From assembly GCA_020628935.1 (NCBI GenBank), contig JAHDEG010000004.1, positions 85,893-149,892 of the forward strand: 64,000 bases of DNA, written 5' to 3'. Shown here in pieces: positions 22,601-29,676 of the stretch. The stretch is from Flavobacteriales bacterium. Its GTDB lineage: Bacteria > Bacteroidota > Bacteroidia > Flavobacteriales_G > JALEGO01. A model generated the notes under the pieces. The model ran no database searches and had not been told where the DNA came from. It worked only from the letters and a program-made list of their open reading frames with translations. Every line of letters begins with the position of its first letter. Within the stretch, counting starts at the first letter, position 1. Made by a program: the position numbers and the translations under genes.

Positions 22601-25270
22601 AGGATACATCTCCCAATGTTGACCTATATTAACTGTAAATCCATTCAAGTCAAAAGCTCCTTCTCTGACTGATGGAGAGTTATAGCCAATACGAAAGGTT
22701 GATTCTACATTTAAATCAGATAAAGCTAATAAGGTATCTGTGCCAACCCCATCTTTGTAATTTAAGACACCAAAGACTGAACTTGCTGGTGTTAATCTGA
22801 TCTCTTGTGTTTGTGTAGTCCCTCTAAACCACATCCAGCCATTTGACTGAGTTAAAACGCCCCCATCTTCTACCAACAGGTGTCCTTCCTCCAAAAACAT
22901 TGTTTCATCAGTTTGATATGTAGATCCATTTTTGACAACGAATGAATCTGCCACGTACTGAATTCTTGATGTATATAATGTTCCGGAATTATTGAAGATA
23001 ACGTTATTAAAATAAGATTGTGTTTCAATTGTTTGATCTATTCCATCAAAAATGAACGTACCTGTTAGTATACCATCATCGGTGCCCGCTCGGTTAACAT
23101 CATAATTACCTGCAATTGTGTGTGTGAATCCCCCATCATCGAAATTTGGAGTTCCAGTTCTATTAGAAAAATTACCATTAATATCTAAAGGCCCTAAACA
23201 TATTTGGTTACCTCCTCTTATCCATAAATTACCGTATGTTAAAGAGGGTATCCATTGATTAGCTGTTGAATAGAAGTAAACTGTTGAATTAATATCAAAA
23301 CTAGTTCCATCAAAACTCTCGACAATTTCTTTTAGTGTACTATCTGCATTTGTGTAATAAGCAGTGTTTGGACCAAAAACTAAGCTATCGCCTCCATCGT
23401 TATAAATATATCTACTACTGTTTTCATGTTGGACAATTAGGTCATCTCCTCCAGAAACACCACTTGGGTTAACAACTCTAAAATCACCTTTAACATTAAA
23501 TTCATTTACTCTAAAGTATACTATTCTGTCAGAAGATATCGCATCAGTAACAACTACATTGTTCAAGTCATATATTCCAGGAGCAGTAGTATTATTTATA
23601 GTTTGGTTTTCATCTCCATCAAAATATACTGTACCTCCACTAGAAATTAATGACATGTTACTTTGAGTATATATGTTTCTTTTAAAATGATGGTCGAAGT
23701 TGCCTAAATTAAAATCTACGCCAGAATACACATATAAATCATAATTAACAGTTATTGGTCCTTCTGCAATTGAACTATCTCCGCCAGACAAGATCAATCT
23801 ACCATACTCTAAATCACCCTCAATAAATTGTTTGTAATTACGGTCGTATCTCTGCCAAGATAATTCACTAAGAGCATATGTATCAAAGTTTTCAGGAAAT
23901 ACGTTAGTTCCTCTTAAATAAAGACTTGAATTATCTTCTTGGGTAAATGATCTTCCTGCCGAACCTGCTATTAAAGCACTATTTTGATTTAATATCCAAT
24001 AACGATTTTCTTTGATAGTTACATCATTATTCACCACCATTGAGTCATTAGCTTGAATATTACAGTTTCCATCAATAGTTATACTAGCGTTACCTAGTAT
24101 AAACGGAGAGTTTGTTCCCGTATATTGGGTACCTCCTGTAAACGTAATATCACCTGACCAATTACATAGTCCATCTTGACGGTAGTTACTCATTGTGATC
24201 GTTGGGCTACCCCCTACTGTAGCGTTACTCTGAACAAAACATGTTGAGCGAGAAGTGAAAGCACCCGAAATGTTTTTAACAAAACCGTTACCAGTTCCAT
24301 TATAAAAATATGGACTATAAAAAGAGACATCTCCGTCACAAGTTATATTTTGGTCCTTTGTGTTAGCCCCAAAATAAGACAACTGATTAGTTTGATCATA
24401 CGTTGAGCCTGCATCGACTGTAAAATCACCATAAAAATCGAGGCGACTAGCGATTGACTGGGTAGAATTATTAGTTAATAAATAATCTCCATTAATAATA
24501 ACTCTTCCAGCACCTGCAACAATTCCACCACCACTAATTGTTAAATTATTAAAAATAGCAGTATTGGGAACTGTCTGCACAATTGAACCATCGAAAATAA
24601 TAGTACCTCCAACTCCGTAAGTCATTGCACCGGATCCATTCTCAGTCCAGTTACCCGCAACAGTATGTGTAAATGTTGAAGCAGCGAATCTTCCTGCAGT
24701 TTCTATAATTACATTTCCGTCTATGTTTAAACCATAAGTTGCAGTTCTGGTACCAGAAACAAAATTAATTGAATTAAATACTTGAGATGTTGGAGTTCCG
24801 GTTATTGAAAAATTACCATTGAACTCAATATTAACTGCTCTAGAAGACGCTTTTCTAAAGTCAATGGACGCATCATTAATCGCTAAATTTCCATTTAGTT
24901 TTAAAACATGAACTGCATTTACTGCATTGCTTGCTTCAGCGCTAGCACCAACTGATAGTGTATAATCGTTATTAACAGTTATTGTATCAGGCACATTATC
25001 ATTACCATAAACCACAGAACCTTCAATCGTAATTGAATTTAATACCAAATTGGTATCTGAAACGATGGCGTGGCCCGCTTGAATCACAAAATCGTGTGTA
25101 CCTGATAGCAAATCTGCAAACACCGGGGAACTACCTCCACCACCGATATTAGAATTCCAATTTGTTAGATCACTAAAGTCAGAATCGCCTTGAGTATAGA
25201 ACGTTGTCGCATGAGATTTTGCTGAAAAAGCAAAAAGTACAACTAGAATGAAGTATATATATTTTCTCAT
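10640..25270 (-). CDS. Giant (4876 aa) repetitive beta-helix-like cell-surface protein with T9SS type A C-terminal sorting domain (putative adhesin)
   Basis: A single uninterrupted 14.6-kb ORF with signal peptide MRKYIYFILVVLFAFSAKSHA. It contains dozens of degenerate ~75-100-aa units of the form G.W.N.G.F..G.GTV.F.G...Q.I.....F.NL.I. Four W-rich junction motifs divide the protein. The C-terminus is PIELLSFTAQ...(Ig-like)... then VFPNPNNGRNFTL...GVYVIRV...RLIVDQ. Confidence 0.9.
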   Translation of the reverse strand: MRKYIYFILVVLFAFSAKSHATTFYTQGDSDFSDLTNWNSNIGGGGSSPVFADLLSGTHDFVIQAGHAIVSDTNLVLNSITIEGSVVYGNDNVPDTITVNNDYTLSVGASAEASNAVNAVHVLKLNGNLAINDASIDFRKASSRAVNIEFNGNFSITGTPTSQVFNSINFVSGTRTATYGLNIDGNVIIETAGRFAASTFTHTVAGNWTENGSGAMTYGVGGTIIFDGSIVQTVPNTAIFNNLTISGGGIVAGAGRVIINGDYLLTNNSTQSIASRLDFYGDFTVDAGSTYDQTNQLSYFGANTKDQNITCDGDVSFYSPYFYNGTGNGFVKNISGAFTSRSTCFVQSNATVGGSPTITMSNYRQDGLCNWSGDITFTGGTQYTGTNSPFILGNASITIDGNCNIQANDSMVVNNDVTIKENRYWILNQNSALIAGSAGRSFTQEDNSSLYLRGTNVFPENFDTYALSELSWQRYDRNYKQFIEGDLEYGRLILSGGDSSIAEGPITVNYDLYVYSGVDFNLGNFDHHFKRNIYTQSNMSLISSGGTVYFDGDENQTINNTTAPGIYDLNNVVVTDAISSDRIVYFRVNEFNVKGDFRVVNPSGVSGGDDLIVQHENSSRYIYNDGGDSLVFGPNTAYYTNADSTLKEIVESFDGTSFDINSTVYFYSTANQWIPSLTYGNLWIRGGNQICLGPLDINGNFSNRTGTPNFDDGGFTHTIAGNYDVNRAGTDDGILTGTFIFDGIDQTIETQSYFNNVIFNNSGTLYTSRIQYVADSFVVKNGSTYQTDETMFLEEGHLLVEDGGVLTQSNGWMWFRGTTQTQEIRLTPASSVFGVLNYKDGVGTDTLLALSDLNVESTFRIGYNSPSVREGAFDLNGFTVNIGQHWEMYPNARFIHNNGTIHMNGSSVIQYMYNNNPATEYFNLVFSGSAEKVFDRNPFRINGDVTINNTVLNGTNRPHYVLGDWINIGGTWQHSNELHFDGVNQFISQSQFWTVLFEGTGTKTLTGAIDVNGGLRIDDNVTLDVGLGNNNINLQYWWDNDSTGTFEPRNGTVTLDGTVQSSIYSGGIAVGKQFYNLTIDKADPADRGRSYYNDVYVQNDLVINQGRYRTEAQDLYIGGSFINDGEYENVSALSSLEFVGTSGTHQIKPAVGGLNRYRTIHFNAPGATYELTAPLEMVSGYGIIIDDGYFDLNSNSLTTLSNAGDITINSGTLEIDSAASLNLGDNATLLNAGGDLLVVGTELGEATIQKSQANNYIFEQTGGNLAVKYFNIKNTSGNGIDVQNGTLASTNAFSNGTFSGGSGNAYITIGATVDLSSIDTAVAVVFNDGPTYNVSRTSGIGEMVFKNPSGALNGEANDQDDADPGTLIKWDYPDAFYWDGGAGTSNWSDNLNWTSDIVPPAESFVFLEHTVGGVAGAYTVNINSSTAICYNLTIDDESSNPITLNVNGADLEVGNNVSISSGSTLSHINSSDTIRVAGSWNNSGSFNEGTGTVIFNGTTGTHSISTSGALDPFYDLKFDAPGAIYVLGTILGVDGTFMLDSGIVDVGASANNIFASGDWSVRSGGTFEPNTAIVYFDNTGDQLIDGGTFYNLSTTGSGTKTLNRGITIEGRLHIEVGTVLDAQTNNITVNGNWRNDVGNAGFLQTGVGGVIFSSDDNQIIGETAGTETTFNNVYIQGNAVKQVYENMNVNGSIYMSASYYIYPGAQVVGTPSGSFNQTSSTLIAYGISPNTNFPVDFGTYNITGGAVQYRGDGDQDIYPTDYFRLNLFSNSAGVASIRTATGDFSVSENLYVNDDETTINMAGFKLDLTGTWSHQAGAPQPTWNGGTLNHVGANWNMDPDLTDYHNLILGGTGTKGFNANSTVSGDLTIQAGVTCDMNTSTVTSTGVGKTMLLSSNSTLRSDVIAANGDAFPLNFSTYDIDINSITALYGASDQTVYSGVTYGTFLMYTTGNATLTGDLDVDGNFLMNGNATFIDGNFDMNFAGANTDIRDYTPGTGTMTFDGDDQALNNGQGYLPFLTPDVVFTNSGTKTLHNDIYDFNGNVTISPNVTVTSYRPVYVQGNFTNNGTFTHTGNVVYFDGITGTQTVNPGVNNDFYAVEFEDGSGGSGNTVNFTSNGIDVFNGTFVIDPDVTVNMGTLTHTIASSTITNNGTWVTNNADLTFDRLGGQTIPGLTAKDIVINGSGTKTLLGDWFIDDLTINTGTALDVNNSGDYSISLTGNWNNTGGGFNDREGTVFFESNSSATKTILSNGQWFYKLKFNQADNSNREFNLLDETYINDSLVVGNNATFSMNANTLHVGNDDGGDPIGEVIVVQAGGVLDVDAGGTLLMNVRDNGDHAQIIVEGTLQLVGSSSQQATLGGEQWNQNRKQINLDITTGTIAARYYSISELNDNGLQIRATANIDATHNLSDGSFSNMRTAGGTNKYYMRLECNPPPSTIDNVTFNYGGTPVVGETFNVWRPDGSTTTITFDGIISGTLGGVLYEHDLTEENTGTSRIDWPAVSEVNWTGAVSTAWEDPQNWSPAIVPDSSINAVIPLQTNNPIIDVNVAKCRDLILSDGILTVDAGYNLEVFNDLELGQGTSTAIIAVGDPTSEIFVSGNWTKTANAIFSHGNGTVHLNGAAGTSTLAPRNSAFYNLDIATGGTVNYDEVAGVDLYIEGDFTISSGIFAQNDNWHGIHFQGNVDGSGGTFDNSRAGYHYLDANANQSVQNVSFYRLEVEGSGIKTVSDTLIVAERTNVYAGVTLASDATGYIEMNNNVDLQSGSTFDDGGATHVFKGGYWYGEGNFVANTGTIVFDRNNIMYVEPGKFNNWEVKNRTRLLDDVTMTGDLTIYDAVRNFDFETQAFNVNNTTGTGTFEIGAGERIRVEGAESYPNNFSNYIADPTSQSYYQGTVNQTVRSAQYGRLYFSENNVKTLDGDIDVEENIYIYDNSTLDVSASNFDITIAGYFFNHYLGEFICRNGNVTFDGTTRNTGVYVVNGGGLQKNFYDLTVNNDPAYYVFPGVDGPIIENDFTVTNGLFNANGMDILVGGSLQATGGTFGTGYTGNYMLNKTAGVANIRMNGSVLYNLDVIGGATYTMQDDLSIRNNLKINSGVVNGNGNTVSINTFGRVFDIGGTYIAGAGGRIQLANASSINVNLGGLLDVVGSPTSNAVVSNITGRYSITINGTIKAENYKFEFMDVPGVRITNTGTIDNTNHFSNGTFDNCPTSGACLVVDNTQSFTGVTNRIENVNFPSVPGGSAANVSKTFVTTGVLEFYDATGNFSGEDFDDDPSNIINWTGTPILNWVGVTSTDWFTVSNWKATVGPDKVPDADDFAYINASAPFQPTIAVGAAEAKILEIETGAALTLDAPVSDSDTDLFVSGFLTNNGIFQMVNANDTFMLGGSWNQGGTGSFSSGNGTVILVPASGSASIDITDPFYNLIVNATSTSSITTDVTVNNDFEVVTGIVDLGNSNNELDVKGNFINNGTIVSNSLSSVILSGSSGSLNFKPGMGDFANLNIEGGADYSLLTDNLTVKNGMFITGGSLVVNGLDVNLGDCTGTDQLVISTSGELSMLANSALIMGSSSSVSVNSGGTIKLLGTDQTNRAVVTRSCTGNYGFTVNSGGTIHALYTLFEYMNSSGINLTSGSAVDLTNNFSFTTFQNGVNSSPKFTYNAPQDLTGVNRVLLARFLDSPSGSARNVRRNNSGVGQIEFKFAQGPLSGEDYEFDPFNKVFWEAEVVWTGNVNDDYEELGNWQDGIAGETFGPDQFTDVLIPDVAPNPFPIVSNTSTGNLGQANLITIEANASITVNSGINLSANDSIINSGTITLNGGGSVLSTNGALVNSGTISMIGDSLNVDSAITNSGTLTLGDNSITTIGSSLTNTGTINAGAGSNVIFTAPTGSPVITLGTSSLCGLTIASASPSTATFLTGSALDIDCDLNITSGVLEVDNATHIISLAGNFNNTAGGTSFEPGDGTVIFNGSSDQSILNESSFNNVTIANTGVAIVRPNAANDLNVDGDFTINADGEFNVNNKDIYIGGDWTNNEGADGFNQGTRAVFFDGPANQNINGFETFYNLVINNSGGEVLPQTNIDVDNDFRIDDNSGSAVFNLGANTMNIGGNWLNELGTAGFVEGTSTVIFDASSLTKFIATADAKETFFNLTINSTGGAIIRPSASTNIDVDGDFIISPTGIFNVDVFNIDMEVAGQWTNNNGAAGFVQGAGTETVTFDGAVDQTVTSTAATEQFNNLIVANTGFSSLFSDASTLFDIDGDITINVLSQFRPEDKEFTIAGNWTNNNGGPGFTHSSPSVAIFDGTTTQTIFAGGNQTFQDLRIATSGGGKVVTSATNLTIQRSLVISSTGVLDAETGNTDIQINNDWINNNADGFIEGTDNESVIFMTDGTITNTAALVEGFNNLSIASGTRTPSANLVLDIAKDLTIFGTLNVATNSNDIFIGGDWLAAGGFLQGTQTVTFDGSAGQTISSFTGNETYYNLAINNSGNVVSINTPLIVENKTTFSSAGYINLNGNDFTIENWDDDDVDGIAGTTDRFFIVDNSSYVKTTGVDAGETVTLPMGLATGSANYARADIAHNSGVVTTIDVNLCDYLSDMGGCSGGTEITEDVVDYYWDIVSSSTDADVTLYWDQSKELTGFDRTMSRMSRYDAGGPWEYIDGATGAATVYSGTVWSFTGTTDHFTGHAIGNDGGPLPIELLSFTAQKSGDDVQVDWITAAEISNERFKVQRSQDGAVYENVVDVLSKASNGTSTSVLRYDAIDENPFSGTSYYRLVQIDLDGTESVYGPIAVDMTKGASSADRGIRVFPNPNNGRNFTLMNTGTFNSSEDLEFMITDVEGRKVFTSIIKTDANGDFVTYINPADVLPAGVYVIRVANETNVFSTRLIVDQ

Positions 25271-25464
25271 ATGTAGAGTTTAAAATGGCGGAATTGAAAA
25301 TGCAAATTTTTACCTTTACAGTTTTTTGTACGGAAAAATAAATAAAAGGTTTAAGAAAATTACTAATTTTTACCCATAAAAAACCTATATAAGTATTTAC
25401 ACGTATAAATTGCGTGTTTTAAGTATCAAGAAAAACACCTTTCTTAAACTAAAGAAAAATTCTT

Positions 25465-26031
25465 ATGAAGAGCAAAAAAACAAAAAAAATAGCCAATAGA
25501 CACGTATTTTTATTGATCGCTCTCTTCAGTAGTGTTAGCTTATCTTTTTCTCAAGAAAACGTTCTAGATAATAACCTATTAAAAGAAACTTCTACTTTTC
25601 AATCGTATGTTTCGGATTCGAACAAGGTTAATATAAGCATCCCTAAAGATAGCATTCCACGCTTTATAAAAATTTCGAAAGAATATCTGAATACATCCTA
25701 TCAATTTTCGGGCAATGGAGGAAGTGGCATTGATTGCTCTGGACTTGTTTATAATTGCTTAAATAAAATTGGGTTTAATAGTGCCCGAAGGGCACACGAA
25801 CAGGCCTTTTTTGGAAGAATTATTGTTAATGAGAATGATTTAATGGAAGGTGACATTATGTTTTTCACTGATACATATAAGTCGAATCATTTTATAACCC
25901 ACACAGGGATATATTTAGGAGAAGGTAATTTCATACATGCTTCTTCTTCACGAGGAGTTATTATTACAAATATGTTGTCATCGTCATACTGGAAACCTAA
26001 ATTTGTATTTGCAAAACGTTATTTTTTATAA
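25465..26031 (+). CDS. NlpC/P60 (C40) family cell-wall peptidase, secreted
   Basis: The signal peptide ends ...LSFS|QEN. The catalytic Cys motif is GSGIDCSGLVYNCL and the His motif is HTGIYLGEGNFIHASS, with family-typical spacing. Confidence 0.85.
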   Translation: MKSKKTKKIANRHVFLLIALFSSVSLSFSQENVLDNNLLKETSTFQSYVSDSNKVNISIPKDSIPRFIKISKEYLNTSYQFSGNGGSGIDCSGLVYNCLNKIGFNSARRAHEQAFFGRIIVNENDLMEGDIMFFTDTYKSNHFITHTGIYLGEGNFIHASSSRGVIITNMLSSSYWKPKFVFAKRYFL

Positions 26032-26277
26032 ATGCCTACTCCTAGACTACCATCTTTTTTTAAATCTAAACAACCCAGATCATTTGACTTTGAGAAAAGG
26101 TTTTATAATAAAAAACAAGAAATACTTGACGAAAAAATAAAACATAGCGTAAAGACTAATTCTTTTGAATTTAAATCACGTGAAAGAAAAAACCATAATA
26201 GGCAATTTTCTATAAGAATTGTTTTTATTGCACTACTAATCTTAGGAATACTTTACCTTGTGTTCGAAAACCTTTAA
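26032..26277 (+). CDS. Small basic tail-anchored membrane protein, function unknown
   Basis: The ATG directly abuts the NlpC/P60 stop codon (TAAATG). The 81-aa product is Lys/Arg-rich over its first ~55 aa, followed by one C-terminal TM helix (IRIVFIALLILGILYLVF). No recognisable family. Confidence 0.45.
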   Translation: MPTPRLPSFFKSKQPRSFDFEKRFYNKKQEILDEKIKHSVKTNSFEFKSRERKNHNRQFSIRIVFIALLILGILYLVFENL

Positions 26278-26286
26278 TTGAATTAA

Positions 26287-28128
26287 TTGAATAAAGATTT
26301 AATAAATATACTGCCTGATAATATCGCAAATCAAATTGCTGCAGGTGAAGTGATTCAACGACCTGCCTCAGTTGTAAAAGAGTTAATTGAAAACTCTGTT
26401 GACGCTGGCAGTAGTTCAATTCATCTTATTTTAAAACAAGCCGGCAAAAACCTTATTCAGGTTGTTGATGATGGAAAAGGGATGTCACCAACCGATGCAC
26501 GCATTTGCTTTGAAAGACATGCCACTTCTAAAATTCTAAAAAGCGAAGATCTTTTTAAAATAAACACTAAAGGTTTTAGAGGGGAAGCAATGGCTGCTAT
26601 AAGCTCTATAGCCCAAGTAGATTTATGCACTAAAAGACCTGAAGATATCGTAGGAACTCAAATAAAAATAATTGGTTCTGAGATAACTGATCAACTTGAA
26701 ATAAGCTGTAAAAAAGGAAGTAATATTAGCGTTAAAAATTTGTTTTTTAACACTCCTGCAAGAAGAAAATTTTTAAAATCAAATGCGGTTGAGTTAAAGC
26801 ATTGTTTAACCGAATTTCATAGGGTGGCACTCACCCACCCCGAAATTGAAATGATATTTACACACAATGATGATGAGATGTATCGCTTGCCTAAATCAAG
26901 TTTAAAACAACGAATCGTTCACATTTTAGGCAAGAACTACGCTGAATATTTATTCCCCATATCTACAGATACTGATGTTGTAAGTATTTCAGGATATTTG
27001 GTTAAACCTGAACATGCGAAAAAAACAAGAGGTGAACAATACTTTTTTATAAATAAGCGATTTATAAAAAACGCCTATTTAAACCATGCTGTTAGCAGTT
27101 CGTTTGAAGATGTTTTACCAAAAACCTACTTCCCGGGTTATGTGATTTTTCTTGAGGTTGAGCCAAGTATGATTGATATAAATATCCATCCTACAAAAAC
27201 GGAAGTTAAATTTGAGAATGAGCAAATTATATACTCTATTTTAAAATCCACACTCAAAAAATCTATAGCTCAGTACGGAGTTATGCCGTCTATCGATTTT
27301 GATCAGGAAAGTAGTTTTAACGTACCACTTATAGATCGTAAAAAACCTTTGGTTGAACCAACCATATCTACAAACGAAAATTTTAATCCATTTGAAAAAT
27401 CGGTTCAGCCCGAAATTATTAGGGAAAGAAGTTTAAATAATGATAATAATTGGGAGAATTTATATGAAATAAACCAGGCACGATTTGAAGCTAATTCGCC
27501 TGTGAATAAACCAGAATTTAAACAAGAAGAAATTTTCGTGAATTCAAATTCTGACAAAGCAGAAAACACAAACTCAGAAATTTTTCAGATTCATAATAAA
27601 TACATTGTTTCGCAATTAAAATCAGGTGTTATTATTATTCATCAGCAAAGAGCACATGAGCGCATTTTATACGATAAATTTTTAAAACGTAAAAAATCGA
27701 ATTCAAGAGTTACTCAACAGCTTTTATTCCCCGAAAGTGTTGACTTAAAAAATGAGCAATTTTCTATAATTGAAAACAACTTAAGTTTACTAAAAGAAAT
27801 TGGTTTTGATTTTGAAATTTTTGGTAAAAAAACGTTTATATTTAGAGGGATACCTACTGATATTGAAGTAAATGAATTACCAAAATTAATTGATGATTTA
27901 GCGAATAATTTAGGACAAAACATCCCCCCTGAAGAACGTGATGATAAGATGCTTATACTGTTGTCAAAACAATCTTCGGTTAAAACAGGAACTAAGCTAA
28001 TTCAGGAAGAGATGCATTCTATTATTGATAGACTTTTTGCAAGCTCTAATTCTGAATTTACTGCAGATAAAAAGAAAATCATACATATTTTACCAAAAAA
28101 CAATTTAGACAAACTATTTAATGAATAA
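26287..28128 (+). CDS. mutL: DNA mismatch repair protein MutL
   Basis: The N-terminal GHKL ATPase motifs are ILPDNIANQIAAGEVIQRPASVVKELIENSVDAG, DDGKGM and GFRGEAM. The C-terminal dimerisation domain follows. TTG start as given in the ORF track. 613 aa. Confidence 0.9.
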   Translation: MNKDLINILPDNIANQIAAGEVIQRPASVVKELIENSVDAGSSSIHLILKQAGKNLIQVVDDGKGMSPTDARICFERHATSKILKSEDLFKINTKGFRGEAMAAISSIAQVDLCTKRPEDIVGTQIKIIGSEITDQLEISCKKGSNISVKNLFFNTPARRKFLKSNAVELKHCLTEFHRVALTHPEIEMIFTHNDDEMYRLPKSSLKQRIVHILGKNYAEYLFPISTDTDVVSISGYLVKPEHAKKTRGEQYFFINKRFIKNAYLNHAVSSSFEDVLPKTYFPGYVIFLEVEPSMIDINIHPTKTEVKFENEQIIYSILKSTLKKSIAQYGVMPSIDFDQESSFNVPLIDRKKPLVEPTISTNENFNPFEKSVQPEIIRERSLNNDNNWENLYEINQARFEANSPVNKPEFKQEEIFVNSNSDKAENTNSEIFQIHNKYIVSQLKSGVIIIHQQRAHERILYDKFLKRKKSNSRVTQQLLFPESVDLKNEQFSIIENNLSLLKEIGFDFEIFGKKTFIFRGIPTDIEVNELPKLIDDLANNLGQNIPPEERDDKMLILLSKQSSVKTGTKLIQEEMHSIIDRLFASSNSEFTADKKKIIHILPKNNLDKLFNE

Positions 28129-28789
28129 TATGCAACAAAGACAAAATAGTTTTTCTCTTTTACCTGAAGTCGTTAAAAACTTACTGATAATTAACGGTCT
28201 GTTTTTTTTGGGAAAAATTAGCCTTAAAGGCTTTGGAATAGATTTAGATGGACTTTTAGGGCTACATTATTTTAAATCTGAAAACTTTCAATTTTATCAG
28301 ATAATCACCTACATGTTTATGCATGGAGACTTTTCTCATATCCTTTTTAACATGTTTGGTTTATGGATGTTTGGTACATCTATTGAAAATTTATGGGGAG
28401 GTAAAAAATTCCTCAATTACTACTTAATTACCGGTGTAGGAGCTGCTATGATCCACTACCTTATCATCTATTTTGATGTTAGCTCAATTGAAAGCACGGG
28501 GCGATTAGTTAATTACGAAAGCATTGCACCAGTAATAGGTGCCTCAGGCTCTGTTTTTGGCGTATTGCTAGCGTTTGGAATGATGTTTCCGAACAGGCTC
28601 ATTTATATTTATTTTCTGTTTCCTGTTAAAGCAAAATATATTATTATTGGCCTTGCCGCTTATGAGCTTTATAGAGGAGTATTTGTAAACGACAATGTTG
28701 CTAATTTCGCGCACTTAGGAGGTATGTTATTTGGTTTTATTTTAATAAAGTTATGGAACAAAAAAGCCAATAGAAACGAATTTTTATAA
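28121..28789 (+). CDS. Rhomboid-family intramembrane serine protease
   Basis: Polytopic membrane protein with HGDFSHILFNM, the catalytic Ser in GASGSVFGVL and the catalytic His in HLGGMLFG. The start overlaps the mutL stop by 8 nt. Confidence 0.85.
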   Translation: MNNMQQRQNSFSLLPEVVKNLLIINGLFFLGKISLKGFGIDLDGLLGLHYFKSENFQFYQIITYMFMHGDFSHILFNMFGLWMFGTSIENLWGGKKFLNYYLITGVGAAMIHYLIIYFDVSSIESTGRLVNYESIAPVIGASGSVFGVLLAFGMMFPNRLIYIYFLFPVKAKYIIIGLAAYELYRGVFVNDNVANFAHLGGMLFGFILIKLWNKKANRNEFL

Positions 28790-29668
28790 ATGAATTTTAT
28801 AGACGAAATAAAGAAAAAGTATTCTGAAGGATCTCCACTTATTAGGATTATTATAATAAATATTGCGGTTTTTGTTTTAGGGCTGCTAGTTAAAATATTT
28901 TTAAACTTTGGAGGATCTTCTGGCACAGCCTTTTTTTACAAATACTTAGGACTGCCACTAGAGTTTTCTCAAGTAATTTTTAAACCCTGGACATTTATTA
29001 CCTATATGTTTATACATGATGGTATATGGCATATAGTGTGGAACATGGTTTTCTTATACTGGTTTGGAAACATAGTTAACGACTTAATCGGACAATCAAA
29101 AATTACAGCTATTTACATTTACGGAGGAATAGCAGGAGCATTTTTAGCATTACTATTAAGCTTAACAACACTTGTCCCCTCCTTGCCTTTAGTTGGTGCA
29201 TCAGGTGCTGTTAATGCTGTTATGTTGGCAGCTGTTATATTAGCACCAGATTACTCATTTAACTTATTGTTACTTGGGAGAGTAAAAATAAAATACATAG
29301 CCGCTGTAAAACTTATTATGGATTTAGCCTCAATCTCATCATTAGAAAACACAGGGGGGCATATTTGCCATTTAGGAGGAGCTGCATTTGGCTGGTTTTT
29401 TATTACTCAATTGAGAACAGGAAATGATTTAGCAATTAGCTTCAATAACTTTCTAAACAAAATTGAAGGATTATTTAAGCAGAAGAGAAAAGTTAAAGTA
29501 GTTTACAGAAATGAAAACTCAAAACACAATACGGATTCATCAAAACCAATTAATAATAGAGATAAACAGAAAAAAGTAGATTCTATATTAGATAAAATAA
29601 GCAAATCAGGTTACTCAAGTTTAACTGACGAAGAAAAAGAATTTTTATTTAGAGAAAGTAAAAATTAA
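28790..29668 (+). CDS. Rhomboid-family intramembrane serine protease (second copy, with charged C-terminal tail)
   Basis: Motifs HDGIWHIVWNM, GASGAVNAVM and HLGGAAFG. The ATG abuts the previous stop. The ~80-aa hydrophilic tail ends ...ILDKISKSGYSSLTDEEKEFLFRESKN. Confidence 0.8.
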   Translation: MNFIDEIKKKYSEGSPLIRIIIINIAVFVLGLLVKIFLNFGGSSGTAFFYKYLGLPLEFSQVIFKPWTFITYMFIHDGIWHIVWNMVFLYWFGNIVNDLIGQSKITAIYIYGGIAGAFLALLLSLTTLVPSLPLVGASGAVNAVMLAAVILAPDYSFNLLLLGRVKIKYIAAVKLIMDLASISSLENTGGHICHLGGAAFGWFFITQLRTGNDLAISFNNFLNKIEGLFKQKRKVKVVYRNENSKHNTDSSKPINNRDKQKKVDSILDKISKSGYSSLTDEEKEFLFRESKN

Positions 29669-29676
29669 GCCACAAT

